Assembly: GCA_040754655.1 (NCBI GenBank)
Contig: JBFMCE010000088.1
Span: 1 to 16,359 of the forward strand
Source of the DNA: Bdellovibrionota bacterium
GTDB lineage: Bacteria; Bdellovibrionota; UBA1018; UBA923
Length of the DNA: 16,359 bases
Direction: 5' to 3'
The notes beneath the pieces are model-generated. The model ran no database searches and was not told the DNA's origin. It saw only the letters and a program-made list of their open reading frames with translations. The position numbers and the translations under genes are program-made. Positions 1 to 7,352 of the stretch are shown here, piece by piece (the first letter of the stretch is position 1; each line of letters starts with the position of its first letter).

Positions 1-1
1 A

Positions 2-451
2 GGTGAGATTCCACGCCTCGAAAATGAACTGCGCAAAAACGCGGAATTCTTTGCTCTCATGGCAACTCACCGCGATGTACTGGTAGACTTCGCGCTTCAC
101 CATCCGGATAAAGGCTTGTCACCAGAGGTCGCGCAAGCACTAATGACAGTCATCCACGAAATCATGGCCTACGATCAGGTTTTTGCAGAACTCCACGAGT
201 TGATCACTCCCGATTTGGCGAAAATAAAGGCGCTCAAAACAGGCATTACACCGAGTCTCAGCGCTTACGAACGCCAAGAACAGCAGAAAAAGCAGCTTAC
301 TGCTCAGGCAATGGCGAGAGCTGCCTTCAACTCGGAGCTCGATAACTTTAGTCGCCAGGCATTGCGCGATACCAGCCATACCCGGTCATTGGTGCTTAAA
401 CTGTGGACGCTTGAGCAGGGTGGTTCCGAAAGTAGCAAACCGAGCCAATAA
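2..451 (+). CDS. Hypothetical helical protein, 3' part only (5' truncated by window)
   Basis: The frame of the 59..451 ORF is open back to position 2 (GEIPRLENELRKNAEFFAL-M...), so ATG59 is probably internal. Ends at TAA 449-451, upstream of a strong terminator. Confidence 0.7.
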   Translation, partial: GEIPRLENELRKNAEFFALMATHRDVLVDFALHHPDKGLSPEVAQALMTVIHEIMAYDQVFAELHELITPDLAKIKALKTGITPSLSAYERQEQQKKQLTAQAMARAAFNSELDNFSRQALRDTSHTRSLVLKLWTLEQGGSESSKPSQ

Positions 452-559
452 ACGATCGTGCAGCGCACCAAAGAATGCGCTTGCCTAACCCAAAACTTTT
501 CGAGAGCGTTGTCTTTGTATACTGGTTTAGCCTTTTTAGCCTGAAAAGGGCTTTGATAG

Positions 560-595
560 AGGGACACTCCGCAAGGGGTGTCCCTATTTTTTTTT
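560..595 (+). terminator. Intrinsic (Rho-independent) terminator
   Basis: Stem AGGGACACTCC / GGGGTGTCCCT (11 bp, one G-U) with a GCAA GNRA tetraloop (571-574), followed by T9 at 587-595. Confidence 0.9.
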
Positions 596-1018
596 GCTTT
601 GTCCCGATAAAGCCGATTGGGGCGCAACCGCGCCGCCCGACATCGATCTCGCACTTGGCTCGCGGGCCAAGATACAGACGTATTCTGCCATGTTTTGCTG
701 GCAACTGACCAACTGAAGCCCCTGTTCAAGAAGTTCATTGAGCTGGGTTGAAAGCTCTTCTACAAAGAACGCCTTGGTGACTTGAAGCGTTTCCACATTG
801 TCTCGGTCACAAGAACGAACGGCAGAGACGGCTTTGCCACCCTGACCACCGACCACGAGTACGCACACCTTTGCGTCCCTTGGCGAAACCGCCCACGACG
901 ATCCTGAAAGACACAGCGTCAGCAAACTAAAACCTACGACCAGAATCGCTGTCGGACCCCGCAGGGCAGCAGTAGTTTTTGGAAAAAACCTTTTTCTTAG
1001 AGTTGATTGAAAAGACAT
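584..1018 (-). CDS. Small exported protein with 4 mature-region Cys and a DUF4177-like motif
   Basis: SD-like GGAGG just before ATG 1018 (better start than TTG 1030). Basic N-region, hydrophobic stretch and SWA cleavage-like site. LSTQLNELLEQGLQLVS resembles the LNxLGxEGWELVS pattern. Confidence 0.65.
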   Translation of the reverse strand: MSFQSTLRKRFFPKTTAALRGPTAILVVGFSLLTLCLSGSSWAVSPRDAKVCVLVVGGQGGKAVSAVRSCDRDNVETLQVTKAFFVEELSTQLNELLEQGLQLVSCQQNMAEYVCILAREPSARSMSGGAVAPQSALSGQSKKK

Positions 1019-1061
1019 ACACCCCTCCAAGGAAATACCTTTAGTAATTCAAAATGGGCGA

Positions 1062-2339
1062 TTACTCAGCTGCTTCATTTTTTGTGAGCGCTTCGTTGAC
1101 CACGATTTTTGCTTTGGATCGCAAACCCGTCATCCACTGGTCAAAGAAACTCTGTTCTTTGCGAGTGGTGATTTGAGCCACCAACTTGTCTTGTTCTTTC
1201 GCAAGCTCCGCAGGGTTGGGCTTGAACGCCCGCATTTGCGAGGCGATGACGAAGTTTCCGCCCGATTCATAGAGTTTAGGCTCTTTTGAAAGAGCGGAAG
1301 CCTCGGCGAAAGCATCGGCGGTCAACGCAGAAATCTCTCCCGCGCCAGGAATAGCCGTGCCTTGGATGCGATTGAACTTTTCTGAGGTCTTGGCGTCTAA
1401 ACCAAAAGACTTTGCAGCTGCTTTGAGATCCCCCCGAGCGGCCTTTGCCTTTTCTAGCACCGCCCTGGCTGTTTCGTTAGCCATCTTAGTCGCCTCTTCC
1501 GAACGACGATCACGAATAGCCTCGGCTGCAGCTTTTTTACGAACTTCCTCGAAAGAATAATATTCAATCTTTGGAGGCTCGACTTTGGCGCCCTTCTCAG
1601 GCTTCTTAGCCGCCTTAGCAATAGGCTTCATATAAAACATCTTATTGCGCTCATAAGACATCTTGGCGGCATTCAACCCTTGCTCAGTCTTCAAGAAATC
1701 CTCGATTTCTTTGTCTGAGACGGCGAGCTTCTTCTTCAAGCTCTCACGGTCGATCAAGACATAGTCAACTTGGCGACGGTCTTCAGTGGCATAAAACTCT
1801 TTTTCAATCTCTTGAGTGGAAACCTTGGCTCTGCCCCTCATGAATTCCATCAATCGCGTCCTCAAGAGATCTTCTCGCATCGTCTCTTCAAAAGACGCCG
1901 GAGAATAATTATTCGCCTGAAGCACTTGATTGTAATGCGCGGCACTAAACTTCCCGTCTTTCTTAAAGTACGGCAGCTCTTGAATACGAGCGCGAAGCTC
2001 TTCATCTGAAACGCGTAGATTAAGCCGCTGGGCTTCTTGAAGCAAAAGCTTGCGACGAATCAGATCTTCAATCACCTGTTGTTGCAAACCCAACTGGCGC
2101 AAAAGATTGACGTCAGCTTTTCCCTTCATCATATTTTGGTAAAACTCAACTCGCTGTTGATACTCCCGCATGTATTCCTGCATCGGAATGGAATCACCAT
2201 TCACCTTTGCCGCCGCCGCTCCGCCGCTTTGCGTTGAATTAGGGGCATAGACTCCGAAGAAAACAAAGACGAGAGCGATTGCTCCGATGATTATCGTTAC
2301 CGCTGTTGGCCCAAAAACTTTTCGCATGGTTTGAAACAT
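1062..2339 (-). CDS. ppiD: SurA N-terminal-domain / PpiD-like membrane-anchored periplasmic chaperone (short form)
   Basis: N-terminal TM anchor (IIIGAIALVFVFFGV) and PpiD/SurA_N-type motifs AAKVNGDSI, LLLQEAQRLNLRVSDEEL, IQELPYFKKDGKF..Y, FEETMREDL and C-terminal LRSKAKI. Possible SD GGGAG at 2352-2356 (minus strand). Confidence 0.85.
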   Translation of the reverse strand: MFQTMRKVFGPTAVTIIIGAIALVFVFFGVYAPNSTQSGGAAAAKVNGDSIPMQEYMREYQQRVEFYQNMMKGKADVNLLRQLGLQQQVIEDLIRRKLLLQEAQRLNLRVSDEELRARIQELPYFKKDGKFSAAHYNQVLQANNYSPASFEETMREDLLRTRLMEFMRGRAKVSTQEIEKEFYATEDRRQVDYVLIDRESLKKKLAVSDKEIEDFLKTEQGLNAAKMSYERNKMFYMKPIAKAAKKPEKGAKVEPPKIEYYSFEEVRKKAAAEAIRDRRSEEATKMANETARAVLEKAKAARGDLKAAAKSFGLDAKTSEKFNRIQGTAIPGAGEISALTADAFAEASALSKEPKLYESGGNFVIASQMRAFKPNPAELAKEQDKLVAQITTRKEQSFFDQWMTGLRSKAKIVVNEALTKNEAAE

Positions 2340-2342
2340 AAA

Positions 2343-2370
2343 TAGACGTCACTCCCAAGCGTGCTATAGT
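2343..2370 (+). promoter_or_regulatory. Putative sigma70 promoter for the mreC operon (extended -10)
   Basis: TAGACG (2343-2348), 16 bp spacer, TG-c-TATAGT (2362-2370). Lies 9 nt upstream of the mreC ATG. Confidence 0.55.
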
Positions 2371-2379
2371 TCAAGTTAA

Positions 2380-3246
2380 ATGTTTAAGTTAATTCGAGAA
2401 TATCGATTCTATTGCACGATAGCGCTTCTGGTTCTTATACCAATCTTATCCTTAAACACAAGCAACAAGGCTATCGCTGATTTCAATGCCTTTGACCGCA
2501 TGGTCGTCTTCATTACAGCTCCGGTTCAATCTGCGATTACCTTTAGCATTGATCACGTTGCTCGGTTTTTCCAAAATTACGTCTTCCTGGTAAACACGAG
2601 AAGAGACTTCACTTCAGTAGTGGAAGAAAACAGGCGCCTTCTCAACACCATCCATAACTTTCGGGAAATGGAAGCGGAAAACAAAAGGTTGCGCGCCCTG
2701 TTGCAATTGCAAGACAAACTCGAAGATAAAAAACTCACCGCTCAAGTCATCGCTAAAGATGTGAGCTCGGAATTTCGTTCGATTCGCATCAACAAAGGAG
2801 CAAATGCAGGCATTCAGCGCGGGATGGCCGTGGTAACCCATGAAGGAGTCGTGGGAAGGGTGCTGCGCACGACCGCAGATTACTCGGATGTGATCACGAT
2901 GCTTGACAACCTCTCAAGCATTGATGCCATCGTTCAACGCACGAGAGCACGCGGCATCATCGAAGGAGCCACCGATTTTCTCTGCATCCTGAGATACGCG
3001 CTTCGAACCGACGACATCGAAGTCGGGGACGTCGTCGTCAGCTCGGGACTCGACGGGGTTTATCCGAAAGGTTTGATGCTTGGAACCGTCGGGAAAGTGA
3101 CGAAGAAAAGTTATGGCGTCACTCAAGACGTCGAAGTTCGTCCAAACGTTGATTTCTCAAAACTCGAAGAGGTCATGGTGATCTTGAGGCCCGACCCCCA
3201 TGCCCCGCAGAGCGCCGCGATCACGGGAGCTCATCAAGGCAGCTAA
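2380..3246 (+). CDS. mreC: Rod shape-determining protein MreC
   Basis: N-terminal TM, coiled coil EN.RLR.LL, then AQVIAKD, INKG...GI..GMAV....GVVGRV, DIEVGDVVVSSGLDGVYPKGL and P.VDFSKLEEV. First gene of an mreCD-mrdA-rodA cluster. Confidence 0.97.
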   Translation: MFKLIREYRFYCTIALLVLIPILSLNTSNKAIADFNAFDRMVVFITAPVQSAITFSIDHVARFFQNYVFLVNTRRDFTSVVEENRRLLNTIHNFREMEAENKRLRALLQLQDKLEDKKLTAQVIAKDVSSEFRSIRINKGANAGIQRGMAVVTHEGVVGRVLRTTADYSDVITMLDNLSSIDAIVQRTRARGIIEGATDFLCILRYALRTDDIEVGDVVVSSGLDGVYPKGLMLGTVGKVTKKSYGVTQDVEVRPNVDFSKLEEVMVILRPDPHAPQSAAITGAHQGS

Positions 3247-3798
3247 ATGTACCGAAATATACTACGGAAGGTAAATTTTGCGGTTTATCTGTTGATCGTA
3301 CTGTTCACGGCGACGGTTCAGTCAACAATTTTTGGTTACTACCCGCTCAACTACATTCAACCCGATCTCGTATTGATCCTGGCCGTGTTCCTGGGATTTC
3401 GACGCGATCTCATCGAAGGGGGCCTGCTCGTCATCCTCGCTTCGATGATCATGGAAGCCCATAGCAGCGCCGCCGACTACTTCTTCTTGACGGTCTACCT
3501 GTACACTTTCCTCATCGCGAAGCTCTTGAGCCGCACCATCGTGGTGCCGGATTTTTTTTCGAGCATTGCCATCGTCTCAGCCCTCACCATCCTCAAAAGA
3601 ATCGCATTGCTGTTTCTTGTCGGGTTGCATGGAACGCCGAACAATGGCTTTAAGCACTTTCTCATCTATTTGGTTCCAGGGCTATTGATACAGGCGCTTT
3701 TGACGCCGCTCTGCTTCGCATGGTTCACCAAACTCGATCTCAACACTTACAAAGACGAGCATGCTGAAGATGAGTATGACATCAATAAGGGGTTTTAA
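3247..3798 (+). CDS. mreD: Rod shape-determining protein MreD
   Basis: 183 aa polytopic membrane protein with PDLVLILAVFLG motif. Lies between mreC and mrdA and abuts the mreC stop (TAA-ATG). Confidence 0.87.
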   Translation: MYRNILRKVNFAVYLLIVLFTATVQSTIFGYYPLNYIQPDLVLILAVFLGFRRDLIEGGLLVILASMIMEAHSSAADYFFLTVYLYTFLIAKLLSRTIVVPDFFSSIAIVSALTILKRIALLFLVGLHGTPNNGFKHFLIYLVPGLLIQALLTPLCFAWFTKLDLNTYKDEHAEDEYDINKGF

Positions 3799-3801
3799 AG
3801 C

Positions 3802-5805
3802 GTGTCATTTCTAGGCCAAGACGAACAGATCCGCGAGTACCAGTTCAGGTTCCGCTATCTCTATATCGTGCTGTTCATCGCGTTTTCACTTTTGCTCGCC
3901 AGGCTTTGGTATTTGCAAATCGTAGACGGAGACAAATACCGCCAGTACTCTGAAGAAAACCGGATCAAGCGGGTGAAGATCACCAGTCCGCGGGGAATGA
4001 TCTTTGATCGCAATAAAAAGCTGCTTGTCGACAACCGACCAGCCTTCGATCTTGAAGTGACCCCCCAAGAACTTTACGCCGACAAAGAATGGAAGAAGAC
4101 CATCGCAAGACTGGCCAAAATGCTGAAAACTTCTGAACAAGAAATCTTGGAGGAGCTTCAGAAATCCAAGGGTCAACCCGCGTTTTTGCCGGTGAAGGTG
4201 AAACAAGACCTTAATCAAGAGGAAGTCGCCATCATTGAGGCCCACAAACTTGATCTGCCGGGCGTTGATATCCAGATGGAGATCAGGCGCACGAATCTGT
4301 ACGGAGACCTTGCCGCTCACTTGATGGGCTATATCGGAGAGGTCAATCCCAACGAACTACCGCGGCTCAACAAGAATATCGCAGCCGGCTCGCCTCCTTA
4401 CAAGATGGGGGATGTCACCGGGAAATTCGGTCTTGAGGCGCGCCTTGAATCCGTGCTTCGGGGAATCGACGGCGAGGAATACATCGAAGTCGATGCTCTT
4501 GGCCACCGCAAACGCCAGACCAAGGGCATCACCAGCTCGCTCAAGGCAAAGCCTAGCGTTCCCGGCAAAAACCTCATTTTGACGATTGACCAAGATCTTC
4601 AACTTGCAGCGCAACAGGCGCTTGAGAAGATCTATTCCGCGAAGCAAATCGCCGCCGTCATCGCGCTCGATCCCCGCACCGGCGAGATTTTGGCGGCATT
4701 GAGCCAGCCTAGTTTTGATCCCACGCTATTCTCTCGCGGCGTGAACGCCAAGCTTTGGAATGAGCTCTTGAACAATGCTTATCGGCCGTTGCGCGACAAG
4801 ACGCTGCAAGACCATTACAGTCCAGGCTCAACCTTCAAGACGATCACCGCGATCGCGGGCCTTGAAGAAAAGTTGATCGACGAACACACTACCGTGCATT
4901 GCCCTGGCAGCTACCGGCTCGGCAACCGTTCATACGGATGTTGGAACAGAAGAGGTCACGGCCAAGTGAACGTTCACAAGGCCCTCAAGGAATCTTGCGA
5001 CGTCTTCTTCTATAAACTAGGCCAGCGCCTGGGGATCGACACGATCGCCAAGTATTCGACCATGCTGGGTCTTGGCAAACGCACCGGCGTGAACCTTGCT
5101 CATGAAGAGACGGGCCTGATCCCGACTGAGGCCTGGAAACTCAAGCGTTTTGGGCAAGAGTGGATCGCAGGTGAGACGCTTTCTTGCGCCATCGGACAAA
5201 GTTACATGCTCACTACCCCGCTTCAGCTCGCCAATGCCTACGCCGCGGTTGGAAGTGGAGGATTCTTGTGGCGCCCTTACATCGTGAAGTACATCGAAAG
5301 CCCCGAAGGACGGATCTTAAAAGAGTTTCAACCTGAACCCATCGGCAAGGCCGAGATCAGCAAGCCCACTTTAGACATCATACGAAAGGCGCTCACCGCG
5401 GTCGTTGCTGAACCCGGGGGTACGACTTTTGGCCATCGCATTCCGGGCATTGACGTCGCAGGCAAGACCGGCACATCGCAAGTCGTCAGGCTGCAACAAG
5501 GCAAACACATCACCAAGTGCGAAGCCATGCCGTTTGACATTCGCGACAACGGCCTGTTTGCGGCATTCGCGCCGCCGGAAAATCCGGTCATTGCGGTGGC
5601 GGTCGTGGCCGAGCACGCATGCCACGGAGCCAGTGGAGCGTCACCTATCGCCCTTGCCGTCATCAAAGCTTATCTCCAGAAGTACATGCCCGAGCGTTAT
5701 GGGGACGAAGCCATCAAGGCGCGCCTTAAGAAACCAAAACTCGCCTCGTCTGCTCAAACAAACGCAAAACCGGCGGTAGCCGCCCCAAATGAAGGAAGCC
5801 ATTAA
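3802..5805 (+). CDS. mrdA: Penicillin-binding protein 2 (class B transpeptidase)
   Basis: N-terminal TM, RLWYLQI, PRG.IFDRN, GK.GLE, PG.NL.LTID.DLQ. Catalytic motifs PGSTFK (SxxK), SCDVFFY (PBP2-type SxD) and GKTGT. GTG start. Confidence 0.97.
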   Translation: MSFLGQDEQIREYQFRFRYLYIVLFIAFSLLLARLWYLQIVDGDKYRQYSEENRIKRVKITSPRGMIFDRNKKLLVDNRPAFDLEVTPQELYADKEWKKTIARLAKMLKTSEQEILEELQKSKGQPAFLPVKVKQDLNQEEVAIIEAHKLDLPGVDIQMEIRRTNLYGDLAAHLMGYIGEVNPNELPRLNKNIAAGSPPYKMGDVTGKFGLEARLESVLRGIDGEEYIEVDALGHRKRQTKGITSSLKAKPSVPGKNLILTIDQDLQLAAQQALEKIYSAKQIAAVIALDPRTGEILAALSQPSFDPTLFSRGVNAKLWNELLNNAYRPLRDKTLQDHYSPGSTFKTITAIAGLEEKLIDEHTTVHCPGSYRLGNRSYGCWNRRGHGQVNVHKALKESCDVFFYKLGQRLGIDTIAKYSTMLGLGKRTGVNLAHEETGLIPTEAWKLKRFGQEWIAGETLSCAIGQSYMLTTPLQLANAYAAVGSGGFLWRPYIVKYIESPEGRILKEFQPEPIGKAEISKPTLDIIRKALTAVVAEPGGTTFGHRIPGIDVAGKTGTSQVVRLQQGKHITKCEAMPFDIRDNGLFAAFAPPENPVIAVAVVAEHACHGASGASPIALAVIKAYLQKYMPERYGDEAIKARLKKPKLASSAQTNAKPAVAAPNEGSH

Positions 5806-6906
5806 ATGGATGAGGAACAGTTAAGAAAATTCGATTGGTCGCTCATTGGCATTTCATTAGCCATCTTTACGATCGGGGTGCTCAATCTTTATTCGGCGAC
5901 CTTCAACGAGTACGTCGGCAGGGGCCTTCGGTATTGGCAGAGCCAAATGATTTGGTTGGGGGTGGGTTCCGTCATCGGCACAGTCTTGCTTTTGGTGCAT
6001 TACAAGATGCTCTCGAGGGCCGCGTATTTCATTTTCTTCGCCAACCTCATCTTGCTCGTGCTTGTGCTTGTCGCTGGGAAACAAACCTTGGGCGCAAGAC
6101 GCTGGATCGGGTTTGGCGGCTTTTATCTTCAGCCTTCCGAGTTCATGAAAGTGAGCGCAGTGCTCGCGATGGCTAAATATTTTGAAACAGAGAGGGTGAC
6201 CACGGGTTATCGATTGCGCGATATCTGGCTTCCGACGCTGATGATCATCATGCCAGTCGGGCTCATCATCTTGCAGCCCGACCTTGGGACCGCCATGATC
6301 ATCTTGCTCACCTTCACCAGCATGATGCTCTTCATCAAGATCCAGAAGAAAACCATCTTGCTCATAGCGGCTTTGGCGGTCATCACCGCCCCTGTCATCT
6401 ATAAATACGGTTTAAAGCAGTACCAGCGTCAGCGCATCATTTCTTTCATCAATCCGATGTCTGACCCTAAAGGCTCAGGCTACAACAGCATCCAGTCAAT
6501 GATCGCGATTGGTAGTGGTCAGTTCATGGGAAAGGGCTTTAAAAAGGGCACCCAGTCACAGCTCAACTTCCTGCCAGAGCACCATACCGACTTTATTTTC
6601 TCGGTCTTTAGCGAAGAGCATGGCTTCATGGGAGCCCTGGTTTTACTCGCCCTGTATATTTTGTTCTTTCTCACGGCGTTGAATATTGCCTATGTCTCAC
6701 ATGACAAGTTTGGTACACTGTTAGCGTTGGGGATCATTATGATCTTCTTTTGGCACGTGGTCTTTAACATCGGGATGGTGTGCGGACTTCTTCCTATTGT
6801 GGGCGTGCCGTTGCCGTTCATGAGTTACGGCGGATCGTCATTGATCACTTCATTGGTCGGGATCGCGATTTTGACCAATATCAGCAACAAGAGGTTCATG
6901 TTCTGA
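5806..6906 (+). CDS. rodA: SEDS peptidoglycan glycosyltransferase RodA
   Basis: [64 protein letters not shown]. Directly after mrdA (TAA-ATG). Confidence 0.97.
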   Translation: MDEEQLRKFDWSLIGISLAIFTIGVLNLYSATFNEYVGRGLRYWQSQMIWLGVGSVIGTVLLLVHYKMLSRAAYFIFFANLILLVLVLVAGKQTLGARRWIGFGGFYLQPSEFMKVSAVLAMAKYFETERVTTGYRLRDIWLPTLMIIMPVGLIILQPDLGTAMIILLTFTSMMLFIKIQKKTILLIAALAVITAPVIYKYGLKQYQRQRIISFINPMSDPKGSGYNSIQSMIAIGSGQFMGKGFKKGTQSQLNFLPEHHTDFIFSVFSEEHGFMGALVLLALYILFFLTALNIAYVSHDKFGTLLALGIIMIFFWHVVFNIGMVCGLLPIVGVPLPFMSYGGSSLITSLVGIAILTNISNKRFMF

Positions 6907-6920
6907 GGAGAACATTCAAT

Positions 6921-7277
6921 ATGACGCAAGGACGAATCAAAATTATAGTTCTGAGTACCCTCGCGCTTTTAGTCGCGGTCTTCAGTTTCTCAGGCTGTAA
7001 AGGCCAACAGCAAGTGCAGCAGGCGGTTTCAGACCTTGACGCAAAGGTAGCGGAAAACCAAAGACGCATGAATGCGATGGACTCTGAGATCAAGAAACTT
7101 TCATTTGAACTCAACCAGCTCAAAGTACTGGTGACCAAGCTTGGCAACGTCACGGTCGACTTGCAGAAGGCCGAAGAAGCCAGGGCATCAAAACATGCTA
7201 AGGCCTTGGGTGGAAAGAGCAAATCCCCTGTGAAGAAGACTTCAGCCAAGCCTGGCGCCAAGAAGAAAAGGCATTGA
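6921..7277 (+). CDS. Small coiled-coil lipoprotein with Lys-rich tail (118 aa)
   Basis: SD GAGGAG at 6905-6910 before ATG 6921. Signal peptide with lipobox FSG-C26, continuous heptad repeat, basic C-terminus. Confidence 0.85.
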   Translation: MTQGRIKIIVLSTLALLVAVFSFSGCKGQQQVQQAVSDLDAKVAENQRRMNAMDSEIKKLSFELNQLKVLVTKLGNVTVDLQKAEEARASKHAKALGGKSKSPVKKTSAKPGAKKKRH

Positions 7278-7352
7278 GAAGTAGGCCAACATACTCGTCA
7301 CGTTTTGTGAGAGCAAAAAACCGCACCACTTGTGGTAAGACGCTTTGTAGAT

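Noticed and set aside
304..738. ORFs 304..738(-), 396..704(-) and 475..708(+) across the intergenic hairpins
   Set aside because: They overlap better-supported genes and run through the terminator, and their translations have no protein-like features.
3552..3559. T8 homopolymer in mreD as a phase-variation tract
   Set aside because: It is short, in frame (D-F-F-S) and in a likely essential gene.
3886..5779. Several 60-144 aa antisense or alternate-frame ORFs within mrdA (similar ones occur in rodA, chrA and the flavoprotein gene)
   Set aside because: These are shadow ORFs of strongly conserved or long genes, with no independent motifs or translation signals.
6780..6920. 165-aa version of the lipoprotein ORF starting at 6780
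   Set aside because: It overlaps rodA by more than 120 bp. ATG 6921 has a strong SD and puts the signal peptide at the N-terminus.
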